This document shows positions 24,994 to 38,253 of a DNA stretch of 64,000 nt, in pieces. A program made the translations under genes and the position numbers. Numbering within the stretch: the stretch's first letter is position 1; each line of letters begins with the position of its first letter. The stretch is from contig OZ249436.1 of NCBI GenBank assembly GCA_965235115.1, positions 41,418,001-41,482,000 on the forward strand. The letters run 5' to 3'. The stretch comes from Laetmonice hystrix (taxonomy: Eukaryota). The notes below the pieces were generated by a model. That model saw nothing but the letters and a program-made list of their open reading frames with translations. It did no database searches and was not told the origin of the DNA.

Positions 24994-25505
24994 GGCCCGG
25001 TTTCTTGGTGGAGCTTGAGCTGAAATTCTTTTCTCAAGCTCAAGGATTTGGAGCTTGAGCCAAGGATTCTCGGCTCAAGCTCAAATTTGGGTTTCACAGT
25101 CAGACGGCCGTTGAGCTTGAGCTTGAGCTGGGACATGACTGGCTTGAGCTTGAGCCGAGAATCCTTGGCTCAAGCTCCAAATCCTTGAGCTTGAGCCAAG
25201 AATTTCAGCTCAAGCTCCACCAAGAAACCGGGCCCTGGGGGGTGTTCCTCATCATGTCGTATCGTTAACTCCAATATATTTTCAATGGGGATTTTAACGC
25301 ACGACAGGATAACGATAGATGAGGAACGCACCCCTGGGCCCGGTTTTTAGTTCGACATTTTACCAATCTTGGAAATTTTAAGACTGACATGTGTTATGGT
25401 CTCTCATTGGCTGACTTCATTTGAACAACCAATCAGAAGCTCTGAAACAAGAGTTCAGTCTTAAGATTTGAATCTTAAGACTCAGTTTGCAAACTAAAAA
25501 CCTGG
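24994..25505. mobile_element. Three abutting MITEs separated by CTG (24994-25234, 25238-25333, 25337 to about 25505)
   Basis: Each has inverted termini (GGCCCGGTTTC.., GGGGGTGTTCCTCATC.., GGCCCGGTTTTTAGTT..); CTG at the junctions. Confidence 0.7.
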
Positions 25506-25578
25506 AATAAGCTGATCGTAGATTGAAAATTGTTCACTGGTGATAAATATTCTAATTAGAGAAGAAGACGTACTTGAT

Positions 25579-26073
25579 TAGATTATACTTATAAGTGACC
25601 TTTCATGAGACCCATCAATACCTGCAGGTCTACTGTATAGTACTAGATTATACCATAGACATAGTTCTATGTCTATGATTATACTTAGCTATAAGTGACC
25701 TATCATGAGACCCATCAATACCTGCAGGTCTACTGTATAGTACTAGATTATACTTATAAGTGACTTTTCATGAGACCCATCAATGCCTGCAGGTCTACTG
25801 TATAGTAGGCTACTAGATTATACTTATAAGTGACCTTTCATGAGACCCATCAATACCTGCAGGTCTACTGTATAGTACTAGATTATACTTATAAGTGACC
25901 TTTCATGAGACCCATCAATACCTGCAGGTCTACTGTACAGTACTCGATTATACTTTTAAGTGACCTTTCATGAGACCCATCAATGCCTGCAGGTCTACTG
26001 TATAGTACTAGATTATACTTATAAGTGACCTATCATGAGACCCATCAATACCTGCAGGTCTACTCTATAGTAG
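25579..26073. repeat. 65-bp minisatellite, about 7 copies
   Basis: Unit TAGATTATACTTATAAGTGACCTTTCATGAGACCCATCAATACCTGCAGGTCTACTGTATAGTAC. Confidence 0.92.
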
Positions 26074-27510
26074 CCTACACAGATAGAAAGACGGGTGGCT
26101 GTGAAAATGTGAAGAAACAGCATGCAGCAGATAGTTACTCCGTCAAAGGGACCTGGGTCATATTCTTCTGCCGTATACATATAATATAGGCCTAACTATC
26201 ACTATCCCTATATTCCTATATCCTTAACTACCCCTAACAAAATCAAAGAGTTTAAGTTTTGTAATATCCCTACCCCTATCCCTAAATCTAACCCTTTTTG
26301 GAAAATTTGAGGAGGAAAAACAAACAAACAAACACAGATCGAGTCGGGTCTCGACCACACAACTTTCAGATCAGACACTTTATCCACTACACTACGGCGA
26401 GGTGAGGAGATGCCCCCTGGCGTCTGCGCGTCCCCCCCCTGTTTTTTTTTTTTTGGGGGGGGGGGGGTATTATTGGTGACTGTTTGAACTCCAGGATAGG
26501 CCTACAGAATCTGATAATGGGTAAGGTTGATTCCATACTGGTAGTCGACAATTTTGTCGTTAAATATCTGGTATGGACCTTTAAATAATTTCAATTTGTG
26601 ACCTCTGGTCTGTCCAATATATGTTGTGTATCAAGGTTGTGCTTGTCGACTCGACTCCTCTCATGCACTAAAGATCTTTAAAAGTGTTAATATGCCCCCC
26701 CCCCCCCTTCTGCAGAACAGAGATGGCAGTTTCAACATAATGAAGTCTTTGGGTAGGCCTTTATCAAAAAGAGTCACTCTTCCCAAGTTTGACTTACACC
26801 GAGAATCACGATAGATTACTTAAAATTTCCCATTTCAACGATAAGCAAAATACTTCTTAGAATCCATTGAAGTGTTTTGGCAATACAGGTGGCAGTGTGC
26901 CATATCTGTGAGGACATGGCGATTGCGATTATGTAAAGATTAGGCCTACATACATGAAATCTATAAAGTCAGGTCATCATGCAAATACAACAGTTCAAAG
27001 ACAAAAGTAATGATAAAGGATTATTATAGTAAGCAGTCTGCTTATTCAAGGCGGGGGTGTTTGTTTGCATTTGTCGGGTATATGCCTATACTCTGCGCGG
27101 GAGCAAGGGAGATGGATGTTCCTGTGCTTCCATCTATAGGGTCCCATAGCGTCACCCTGAACCGTGTCCAATCAAATCAGTCTGTAGGCCACACGCATTC
27201 CATACGGACCATGCACCGTATGCCCCCCCCCCCCCCCGGCGTATTCATGCGCCAGGCCTGTAGGCCTACATGTGCTTATCTGTGCAGCGGGAGAATGCAT
27301 TCTGAAAACAAATGTATAGAGGTCAAAGAAGGCTGGAGAGAAGAGCAGTCTGTTATAGGTCTACTCCGACAGAACAAACGAAGAGTTATATAGTAATAAT
27401 TTCTGAGTTGTTCAAGGTTTTGAATATTACTCGGCGGCGTTCATATATTTTACAGACTTGTCCGAACTCCGAACGTCATTATGGGATTTGCAAAAAGGGT
27501 GGAACATCTA

Positions 27511-28048
27511 CACTCAAAAAACACTTTGGTTGTTTTAACTGAGAGATTGGTTATTTACAACCAATATACCCATGGTTGATATGTGTCAAAACAATCAATT
27601 CATTCTACACTGCACTAATGAAATTAGGATACGCGCATGATAATGTCGACTGCTTTTACAAAGGAGTTAATAATTATGTTCTCTGGCGTCCAAAGATGGT
27701 GTTTCCATATAAGCAATATGTCAACAAATCCCACTTTATTAGGCCCGGGTTTGACATAACACTCTACTCACTATCACAAAGCCTGTATTCATATTATTGT
27801 TCATTAATGCCCACGGTTTCATTGGCCGACTCTCACAGGTAGGCCTATATTATGACACTTAGGGGTATAAACAAAGAAAGGGGCAGGTGAGAGTCATCAC
27901 ATGACCACTGGTTTTTAATCGCAACCAATGTGATTGGTTACCCAATAACCAACGTATTGGTTTTAACCAAATTGTTGGTTAAAACAACCAATATAGGCTC
28001 AACCAATGATATGGGTATAAGTTTTTCAACCAATCTGTTTTTAGAGTG
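27511..28048. mobile_element. TA-flanked MITE with CACTC termini; a second copy starts at 63741
   Basis: TA-CACTCAAAAAACA..TTGGTTG and CAACCAATCTGTTTTTAGAGTG-TA. Confidence 0.75.
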
Positions 28049-29447
28049 TATAGACCTGACACAAGAGAGTAACAGGATTTATTTGAATATATTTATTATA
28101 AATATCTTTGATGCAGTAGGATATTCAGTAGGGATGCGATGGGGCTCGTACCCCGCTCATGGTCACCTTTTTTTGTCTTATAGGCCTATAGATTGGTTAT
28201 AGCATATAAGAGGAGCCCCGCCCGTCTCCGGTTTCCGTTGCTAAAACGGATAGTCATGATAAGCAGGAAGGCCTACTCTCGAAACTCATTGCCCAGTGTC
28301 ACTTAGAGTTAAATTGGTGATGATCTGGCTTTGCTGGCAAATGTTTAGAAATGCTATCTCTTCGAGTGCACGACATCGTGTGGACGATCTAATAACTCCA
28401 AGTAAATGTATCCAGTTTCGCAATACTTGCTGGTTTATTATCATACGAGTATATAATTGTATGTACAATTCCTTTTCTGGTCGCTCAGGCTGGGTGGAAC
28501 GAAATAATTAGGCCTATGACTGATGAAGCAAATAAAAAGTCCTACGGATTGTGAGGTATATCTCAAGTTATGCTCGATAGTAACCTTCAGGTAGGTTGCT
28601 AGCACGTTAAAACAATATAACTACGTCAAACATTTTTAAGATGACCCAGGAATTTAACTGATATACTTTTCTTTCTCTAACCGTGTCTTGTACATGCACG
28701 CCTGCGCGCAGTCAGTCTTTATACATATGTACGTGAAACTGCTGAGCCGTCACCCGTCTCGATAAACAATACGTTTTCCATGTATGGCAGAGAGAAGTAG
28801 TTACTTTAAACTTGTTCGGGTTACTTTCAATCCTAGATATATATACCCAAGCAGGTAACAGATTCTTTTTCCCACTAAAAATATGAAACACTTCATATAA
28901 AATGTATAGGTAACAAGAATAAAGTTCTATATACAAACATCAATGATGCGTATGGTTGGTAAAACATTGGATGATGAAGGGCAGGTAATAATATCCATGG
29001 AAATTTTCCTGGAAAGAAAAAGTTTGTGCTCCTGTCCAAGTTTTTGTCACATCAATGGCAAGATATCACATCAATATATTATATACATGCTCCATGCATC
29101 TCATGTCTCCCTCACATTTTCCTGGATCAGTTCTTGTGCTATAAAAGTCTATGCACACCAGTAGCCAGTATATGGGTTAAACCATTTAGGATACAAAGGC
29201 AAATCGAGAAATGCATCTCAATGTCTAAAGCTTTTTGTGTCTGTTTCAGTTTATCTCAGCTCTGAAGTTGTCCCCTCGTTCAGCCACTCATGTAGTTCGA
29301 TTTGATTGGCAATCACAGGTCCCAATCATCACTCGTATGTCTCCGTGACAATAGCGTTTCCTTGATTTTGTTGGAAACGTTCCTTCAAAATTCGACGGGT
29401 TTATTTATAATTCACAGCGGAGTAGACTCATGGCGCCAATTTACGCC

Positions 29448-29596
29448 CTAGTGGGCAAGGGCAGCACTGACGTCGTCGTCAATGTACGCGGCCACCTCGT
29501 TACCAGACAGGCCGCCCGTGTTAATGAAGATGTGAAAGTTGAGGTCTAGGAAACTTGTGATGCCAGGCAGGCCAGGATCGTCTTGTAGAACCAAAT
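29448..29596 (-). CDS. IRF1/2: IRF1/2-like gene, last coding exon (8)
   Basis: CAG acceptor in phase 1; (D)LVLQDDPGLPGITSFLDLNF...SAALAH*. Confidence 0.6.
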
Positions 29597-29734
29597 CTGT
29601 TGATTAAAATATTACAAAATGACATATCAAACAACACTTTTATAATATATCATTTGAAACGCACAAAAATCGTTCGTCTGTCTCTAAAGGACAGAAGATA
29701 GAAGCCACCTAGATAAAATGATCGTGAAACTGAC

Positions 29735-29864
29735 CTGCACTTTGTAAACTGTTGGACAAGTTGTGGACGTCCACGTTTTCTACAAAAGGTGTTGGCGGCG
29801 GCCGTTCAGTGCAACTAGATAACTGTTGTGAGGATCGACCCGACGGAAAGAGTTCATCCAAGAC
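29735..29864 (-). CDS. IRF1/2: IRF1/2-like gene, coding exon 7
   Basis: AG/GT bounded, phase 0 to 1; VLDELFPSG...NSLQSA. Confidence 0.62.
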
Positions 29865-30142
29865 CTGTCAATAGTGGGAATAGAGGCATAGAGTAATAAT
29901 AGAGAAGAATATTATATTCTTATCCTTATCATGAGAAGTTCACAGGCATAAAATTGAATTTTTTTGTAGCGGCAGATATGAATATGCTTCAGCTTTAGCC
30001 TAGTTCGAGTAGACGGCACCGTGACGGTTAGCACAATAATATAATGTTAATGCATTATCTGCAACAAATATATTGTCTCTCCTCGATAATAATGTATAGA
30101 GTATCTACATTGTTTAGAATTATCACAAGCCAGATAACATAC

Positions 30143-30222
30143 CTCATCCACATCACTGTTCTGTACTTCGGTTGAAATATTGCTGGAGGAGTCATACATT
30201 TCCTCATCGCTACGACAGTCAT
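30143..30222 (-). CDS. IRF1/2: IRF1/2-like gene, coding exon 6
   Basis: Phase 1 to 0, required to join its neighbours in frame; acidic DDCRSDEEMYDSSSNISTEVQNSDVDE. Confidence 0.65.
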
Positions 30223-30549
30223 CTGTAACCCAGCAATATTACACAATATATATTACTACCATCAAGGTTACATTTTCTACACTTTGGTAATTAATTCGCC
30301 CATCCCCTGTTTGAAGGGACACAAATTTCGTTTACAAAATTACATTAGATGAGCATATTTATATAGGCCTATCTATATCTGGTTGCGATCCATATCCAAG
30401 TAGAGATCTATATATATTTCAGTGGCGGTAAGCCTATAGCCTATATACCACACATGTTGGGTACAATTACCAGTACACGTAGATCTATAGGCCTACTAAA
30501 CTTTCTCCTAGATTGTAGCAACACATGTTTTTCGGACATTATCACATAC

Positions 30550-30885
30550 CTTGGGAACAGGACGAGCAGGAGACACTAGACACGCTATCGCTGCGGTTGT
30601 TGCTTGGACCAGTCACGGCAAAGTGAAATGACAATTCACAGCTGGGCGGCGGAGACGTGGTGGTCGGGGAGCAGGCGGCACTGGCGGGGAAGGCTGCGTA
30701 GTTGGCGTGATTATCGCGAGGTGGCGCCACGGTGAATGCGGACGGCCAGCCGAGTGTGGCGGTGGACCGGTGGTTGGTAGAGGCCGGGGTGGGGGCGTGC
30801 GCCAGCGGCAGCTCCGGCTCCGGGGCGCTGTGAACGGAGCCTCCCGACAGGTGCATCCAACGGGGCGGCGTGCCGGGAGATCCTG
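30550..30885 (-). CDS. IRF1/2: IRF1/2-like gene, coding exon 5
   Basis: GC-rich, Pro/Ser-rich open frame; NAGNAG acceptor (start at 30885 or 30882); GTATGT donor; phase 1 to 1. Confidence 0.72.
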
Positions 30886-32445
30886 CTGTCGTAAAATAAA
30901 GAAAAGATACTTATTAGCACTACTAGACTATCGTCCGTTAGTCTCTATAGCTCAGTGTATTTATAGCAGGGGGTGGCCGATCGACAAAACATCGATTGTA
31001 AAGGTTGGACAAATTAAAAGCTGAAAGAAGAAAAGTTTGTCCAAATAAATTTCGTGGGCAACTGCATCTGCATGGTTGTCCTTTCTAAATAATATTATCA
31101 ATATCATTCAACATTTTGAAGCAGTTTTGCTGCCCAAAGAAACTGCAATTAAGGCAAAGCCGTATAGGCCTATATATTTTTATTATAGGCCTAATAGTCT
31201 TTCTTAGTTCCATTCTTTCTTCCCCCCATGCACCACCACCACCACCACCACATACCAGTGGGGGATCTAGGATTTTGATAAGGGGGGCGGGCACCTAAAA
31301 AATCTTTTTGCCTCGCTACGCTTGGCATGATTTTATTGTGATTATTGCCATTTTGGGCCCCTTTGGAGGATTTCAATGCTGCATGGCCCAGACTTATGTT
31401 GCTCCTGCATGTAGACTCCTCTATGGATGACTCCTTTTGGGCCCGATGTTACTATCAGGTACAATATAGGAGGCTTTTTTTAAGAATTTTGTTAAAATCC
31501 TGGTTTCAGGGTCCGAATAATGCATCTTCTTAAAAAAAAGGGGAAGAAAATTTAAGGGGGGCGGGCCCCTCCCCTGGACCCCCCAGTGCACACACATATG
31601 ACACTGCTTTTACCATAATGTTTTTGTCATTGCGACACACGATATTAACCAATACATGTTCAATTACATTCTTCATGCTAGGTCTCATGCCAATGATTAT
31701 ATATTCTGGTCTGCCATGCCCCAAAGCATTTCCCGAACGTGGTGCGCCGCTGTCGCTTTCCAGAAATGACTATTTCGACGTCACCTTGACCCGTTTCGCT
31801 CTGGTTACTAACTGCCACAGTGAACTAACTGTCGGACAAAACAGTGTGTTACATATGCCTATGGGTCTACGTCTGTCCAGGGCTGGTTAAATTTATCATT
31901 AAAGCCACATGCCGAGGATGGAATTAGGAAATGTCAGGCCTCCCTCACTATATTCACGAGTTTAGAAATCATGCTAAAATTATCAACACGCGCGTGTGCA
32001 GGCATCAACATCAACCTATAACGAAATTCGTGCTCATGGGCGAGGGGGGGGGGCCCTCCCCGACATTGACTGAGCACGATGGTATCCCACGATGCTACAC
32101 TAACTCAAACGCATTACATATCAATATTATGTATTTTGATCTAAAAAAACAAGTGATTCTGATTTTAAAAAGGTAAAAATATCCATAGGTTACCATGCTG
32201 ACTTTTGTGTGGGCTGTCTGTAGTAGGCCTATAGAAAATGCACGTTACTGTTAATTTGAGTGCACCTAACACTAATCTGGGGGCCACCCTGCAGGGTAAA
32301 CCCAAGGCTGTCCAAAGGCATTATTTCCCATTTATAAACCTAGGCTTATAACAAAAAACTATCCATGATGGTGACATATAGAGTCTATCTAAACATTTTT
32401 AAAATCAAAAATACTTGTTCTTTGTATTGAAATGCATTATATTGA

Positions 32446-33894
32446 TGTTACGCGCCATCGGTCGATCTGACCCATCGGCCGATCGATGGGTCAGACCCAT
32501 CGGTGGATCGGCCAACGGGTCGCCCATCGACCGATGGGCGACCCATCGGTGGATGCGCGGCGCGCCAGGGTCGCGGCCCATCGGCCGATGGGTCTGACCC
32601 ATCGGTGGATGGGTGGTTGGTAAACCAGGAGACATAAAATGACATGGAAACCTGGAGGAGACAATTACCTCTCAACCCGAGCCGCAGGCCTCCCTTCAGT
32701 CAAGAACTCAGATCCCCCAGCCACCTCCGCCCCAGACCACCCAGCCACCTCTTGCCCAGACCCCACACCCACCTTCTGTCCAGACCTCACACCCACCTCC
32801 TGTCCAGGCTCCACACCCACCTTCTGTCCAGACCTCACACCCACCTCCTGTCCAGACCCCACACCCACCTTCTGTCCAGACCCCACACCCACCTTCTGTC
32901 CAGACCCCACACCCACCTCCAGTCCAGACCCCACACCCACCTCCTGTCCAGACCCCACACCCACCTCCTGTCCAGACCTCACATCCACCTCCTGTCCAGA
33001 CCTCACACCCACCTCCTGTCCAGACCTCACATCCACCTCCTGTCCAGACCTCACACCCACCTCCTGTCCAGACCCCACACCCAGCTCCTGTCCAGACCCC
33101 ACACCCACCTCCTGCCCAGGCCTCACACCCACCTCCTGTCCAGACCTCACACCCACCTCCTGTCCAGACCTCACATCCACCTCCTGTCCAGACCTCACAC
33201 CCACCTCCTGTCCAGACCTCACATCCACCTCCTGTCCAGACCTCACACCCACCTCCTGTCCAGACCTCACATCCACCTCCTGTCCAGACCTCACACCCAC
33301 CTCCTGTCCAGACCTCACATCCACCTCCTGTCCAGACCCCACACCCACCTCCTGTCCAGACCTCACATCCACCTCCTGTCCAGACCCCACACCCACCTCC
33401 TGTCCAGACCTCACATCCACCTCCTGTCCAGATCTCACACCCACCTCCTGTCCAGACCCATACCCACCTCCTGTCCAGACCCCACACCCACCTTCTGTCC
33501 AGACCCCACACCCACCTCCTGTCATTAAATCGGTCACCATTGTTGTCATGTTTGATTACCCCCGGATTTACCCGCTGTTAACACTACTCAACTTTTCCTT
33601 ACACACATTTCAAGTTCTGTTAAAGTCTTAAAAGTTAGGGTGCCTACGTCTAAACGTTTTTTTTTCTTCATGATAACTAGAGTATAGTCCGTTTTATGTA
33701 TTGCATCCATGTGTTCTTTTTACCAACCACCCATCGACCGATGGGTCAGACCCATCGGCCGATGGGCCGCGACCCTGGCGCGCCGCGCATCCACCGATGG
33801 GTCGCCCATCGGTCGATGGGCGACCCGTTGGCCGATCCACCGATGGGTCTGACCCATCGGCTGATGGGTCAGATCGACCGATGGCGCGTAACAT
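32446..33894. mobile_element. TIR element with about 175-bp arms enclosing a minisatellite, in an IRF intron
   Basis: 32446-32622 is the reverse complement of 33719-33893 (CCATCGG-rich); TGA on both flanks. Confidence 0.8.
32720..33522. repeat. 24-bp minisatellite, about 33 copies
   Basis: Unit CCACCTCCTGTCCAGACC(T/C)CACAC. Confidence 0.95.
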
Positions 33895-34482
33895 TGATAT
33901 GTAGTGGGTTTGGGTTGGATACATTCATTACCATGTCGAGATATCGTAAGAGATTTGATAGGTGCCGCGCATCCGTATAACACGGTGGCTCGTATTGTCT
34001 CCACAAGGCGAGTTGGAATTTCATGAACATGGAGGGCGACCCCACATCTAAACAAACAACGACTTGAAAATCTCCTTAAAATCAGACTATAGATGATACC
34101 CCACCAGTTTTTTTCGCCAAAATTTCTTAAAGCAATCACTGAGCATCTCTCATTTCAATGACTCCTAAATGCAGGCATGCGGGCTGTTATAGGTTGATCC
34201 ACAGAAATGGAAAAATCTAATGAAATTCAACATTCCAGTTGCCTGTTGCCGCCATGAAGCCAACTCACAAGGATGGTTGTTGACCTGGCATTGACTTGAA
34301 CAGCCAATGACATTCCTCAACGGTTAATCGTCCGATAAGTTTCATTGGCTGTTCCCTACCCCGGAGTCCCAGGGGAATATAGGCGAGAAGAATTTTTTAA
34401 GGCTATAAACTGGGCCTGGGCACCCGGTCCCCTTTGGATTTCTTCTTTCTTCCTTTTTACAGTCAAAATCCACTAAAATGTC

Positions 34483-34613
34483 GGTGGGCCCCCTTATCAA
34501 AATCCTGGTTCCCCCCTTATCAAAATCCTGGTGGGCACCCCTTATCAAAATCCTGGTGGGCCCCCCTTATCAAAATCCTGGTGGGCCCCCCTTATCAAAA
34601 TCCTGGATCCCCC
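34483..34613. repeat. Short tandem repeat CCCCTTATCAAAATCCTGG, 5 copies, at the end of a MITE-like element
   Basis: Direct repeats; an inverted copy of the motif lies at about 31260-31290. Confidence 0.65.
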
Positions 34614-35553
34614 ATGCACTGGCATTATAATAGACCTAACGGCCTTAGTAGTCATGCATAGCGGTCGTCATGGTTAACAATGTATACACCCAGAGCGGGG
34701 CAATACGCATGCAAAAGGCTGGCGAGAACCCAGCTTGTACTGGTGACGAGTAGCTGTATCACCACAACATGACAATGATAATGTTGCCAGCAACAACATA
34801 TCACATGACTGTGACTGCATGCGTTGGGTTGCGGCGAAAGGTGGGCGGGGTTGGGACACCGCTGTGACAGACTGTCATTCAGTCGAGAAAAGTGTTTCGG
34901 GAAATACAACTCAACTGTAGGCCCTATACATTTCCTACTATAGACCTACATAGGTCAAGGCCGAACTAGAACGTTTAAAAAAGTTTGTGTTGGGGGGGGG
35001 TAATCCCCCCTTCTTGGACATCACTATCCAAGCAATGCCAACATCCACATCTGTGCGTGTATTCAAAAAAAGTGGGGCTGGAACAACTTGGAGTCCAAAC
35101 CCCTCGGCCTCGCCAGGTGGTCACCGACTGTGAAATGCATCACTGCAACCTTTACAAATCTTTGAATTCCTGCCTTTATAATATAGTGACAGTTTCAAAC
35201 GTCGCATCAAATGTAGGCCTACAAGGCCAGTTCTTTTCTCTCCGCCGTTACAAAATTATTTTAGGGTCTATTACTAGCTCGCGGTCCTCGTTGCTGCGCC
35301 TGTTTTGCATGAAATCGAATAATCTTGCCGTTTTCTACCACGCGTGAAGCGGAAAGGGCGCATTATAATTTAAATGGTAAATTTAAAAGTGACCAAAATT
35401 AAAACATTGTAATTGTATAAATTAGGCCCCTATAATGTATCAAAAACCTTTCTACAGCGCATCTTGTGAAGGTATAATTGAGTTTTATGGAGGAAATAGA
35501 AAAGGAAAGGTTTGATTCCCCCGACGTGTTTGTAAACAGTTTTTGTTACTTAC

Positions 35554-35773
35554 CACCGTACAGGTTGGGCTGGGTGGGCATCCGTTCACTAATGAGATTC
35601 GATGATGACCGGTGATGGTGAAGAAACCGGTCTGGTGTGGAGGAGATAGCGGGCGCCCCCCCTTGGCGGGCGGACGGGGTGCCGGGCAGAGCGGCCGACT
35701 TGATGTCCTGGTCGGGACAGTCGTCGCTGTCCGCCGCCGACAACGACTCGGGGGTATCAGGATACCACGCTTC
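35554..35773 (-). CDS. IRF1/2: IRF1/2-like gene, coding exon 4
   Basis: EAWYPDTPES...PNLYG; phase 0 to 1; GTAAGT donor; the AAG acceptor is weaker. Confidence 0.72.
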
Positions 35774-35953
35774 CTTCACGGAAACAAACAAATAATGGCC
35801 AAGGTAACGTTTGGAAAGTATAAACCCCGTTTGACAAATCGATCATCATCTTTATTCTAAATTCGACCGGCCTCTATGACGAATCCGTTTCCTCGCCGTC
35901 AGTTAATTCGGTAAAATTTTGAACCATAATTCCGTGAAGTATTTTTAACGTAC

Positions 35954-36054
35954 CTTGCTCATGACATGGTCGTTACTTGTATCCATGCATTCAGGCACCG
36001 TATCAGGCTCCACTTTCACCTTGCTGAACACTGGAAGAGTGCTTGTTTGTTGAC
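35954..36054 (-). CDS. IRF1/2: IRF1/2-like gene, coding exon 3
   Basis: (G)QQTSTLPVFSKVKVEPDTVPECMDTSNDHVMSK; phase 1 to 0. Confidence 0.72.
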
Positions 36055-36651
36055 CTAAGATATAGAGATTACCGAACTGGGGTTAACTATGAGCCATCAG
36101 TGTTCACAGTATGGGGGCGAGGGCGGGGTAACTAACTCCGATGTCACCATGCACTTCGGGATATTGACATATTAATAATCACAGTTTGAGGGAGTCAAAA
36201 TACAATACAATAAGCGAGGGTTGATTTGAAACCAAAATCAAACCTTGGAAGTTCCATTTAAGCGTTTCCGATGATATTTATAGTACAAATTCAATAGCAG
36301 CGACTATCAAATTTTATTGTTAGGCAATAAAGATCATCGCAGCACGCTTTCATCTAATCTTCCATACCGTTTTCAATGCGAAAATACCAGATATTCGTAT
36401 ACTGTCGACGGGTATATTGTAGAATATTTATTCAAATAAAAAAGGAATGTTAAAAAGAAGTGCCCATTGCATGTTCAAACAAGGATATAATAAGGGGGCA
36501 GACTCTACGTCTCGTGGAATAAAGCGGGCCATGCAGATCGCGGATCCACCATTTTAACCCATCCGAGAAGTTGTCATTGTTAAACAATTTCATTTCTTTT
36601 TGGCCTGCATTCGAAGTGTATAGCCGCATCATATTCAAAATCGACACTTAC

Positions 36652-36834
36652 CAGTGCTTGTACTGACTTTCTTTTGTTTGCGGTCCTGCAGAAACCGATA
36701 AACCCGGAAGGCGTTGTGGCCCCGCGTTTGACTCGACCCCTTCACTTCCTCAGCATCAGGTAACGAGTTGATTGCACATCGGAAATTCGCCTTCCATCGT
36801 TTGGGATTTGGATGCTCGTTTTCTCTATACCGAC
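36652..36834 (-). CDS. IRF1/2: IRF1/2-like gene, coding exon 2 (C-terminal half of the IRF DNA-binding domain)
   Basis: [19 protein letters not shown]...[10 protein letters not shown] is the IRF1/2 recognition-helix signature; phase 1 to 1. Confidence 0.95.
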
Positions 36835-37074
36835 CTAAACGGATAAGAAATATGGTTAAAATAAAATTCATTCATCACTTAGGCCTAATCGCGGTTATCG
36901 ACCGATCATTGAAATAGGCCTAACCGATATATCGCATGCATGCAGTCATTATACGTCGTTACCATATAGGCCTAATCCGTGTCGGCCTAATTATAATTAT
37001 AATAAACGTTTTTACCATTAAAACAAAATTTTGATGTGGATTTTAATGTGGATCTGCACATTATATAGGCCTAC

Positions 37075-37402
37075 CTGTGTGCTGGGCCCAGCGTCTGAAC
37101 AGACATGCATCCTTGTTACAGTTCCAACCCTGACGTGACCCGTGTTTCCACGGAACTTTGAATGTCGTCCTCGACTCTACGTCGACCCATGCCAGTCCTG
37201 CGATTTCCTTGCTGTCGATCTGTTCGATAAGCCACGGCCTCATAAGCTGGCGTTCCATAGGCCGGACGCCCACCCACCTTCTCTCGCCAGCCGTACCAAC
37301 GCCAGCGTTCGAACGTCTGGACGACGAGCACCGTCGGCCGCGTCGTTTGGCGCCACGTGACGTCACGTCTACCGACATACTAGTCTTAGTGGTCGACACC
37401 AT
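37075..37402 (-). CDS. IRF1/2: IRF1/2-like gene, coding exon 1 (N-terminal half of the tryptophan-cluster DNA-binding domain)
   Basis: MRPWLIEQIDS..GLAW...FKVPWKHGSRQGW...DACLFRRWAQHTG; the ATG follows a TTCCCAG acceptor by one base; GTAGG donor. Confidence 0.95.
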
Positions 37403-38253
37403 CCTGGGAAATCTGTAATTGTAAGCACGTGTCGTGAGGATCAGTGTTTGACTCTTGGAGTTTGGACGGTCTGTAATATAGTCTTTATATGGTCTACATT
37501 CTAGGCCTATCTGAATGGGCACATTTGAGATTTTGCACGCCTAAAATTGGTACATCCCCCATGGTAACTTAAAACCCACGAAATTTGGTCGAAAGTAAAG
37601 ATCCATAGCGCCGACCTTATCCCCAACACCTAACCCCATCAGTCCCTACACCTCCCAAAAACATATCCCTATCCGATCCCTTATCCCTATCCCTGACCTT
37701 AACCCGAACCACTTTACCCAAAATTTTGTCTGGAAGCTATATATACCATGGGGGAATAACCCTAAAATTAGATGTAGCTAGGAAGCCTAAACTCTTGCTC
37801 TGGGCATAATCTCTGGGGTACTCCCTCGAGATTTGGGAGGGGGGGGCACTCTTCGTATTATCCGGATCTTAGGGGAACTTTACCCCCCCCCCCCTTATAT
37901 GTGTCCGTCACTTATACGCCTATACTATATACTAAACGGGCGGTCTGTGAGCCCGGCGAAGTACCCACTGCATGTTAAAACAAGGATAGGCCTATAGGGG
38001 GCAGACTCTAACGTCTCGTGGAATAAAGCGGGCCAGATCGCGCGGAGCCATGCGTATACTGCACTATATTCCCGTCTATATTATAGGCCTACAGGTTTTA
38101 CCATTTAAAGCGGCGTGAAGGGGGTATAATTGTGAGGGTATAGGGGCAACCATATGGTATATATAGACTATAGAGACTAGAAAAAATACTTAGACCCAAT
38201 TAAGCCTATATATGCCTATAGTAAGGTATATTCATAAATTTAGGGCATTTAAT

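Noticed and set aside
32639..33631. ORFs of 267-330 aa on both strands (mucin-like or His-rich)
   Set aside because: By-product of a stop-free 24-bp repeat inside a TIR element in an intron
34652..34914. Possible alternative last exon of the IRF gene (phase-1 compatible, Cys/His-rich)
   Set aside because: Poor polypyrimidine tract and no recognisable motif; it would need transcript support
35495..35515. ISRE-like GAAAAGGAAA in an IRF intron, suggesting autoregulation
   Set aside because: A single short match is expected by chance in AT-rich DNA
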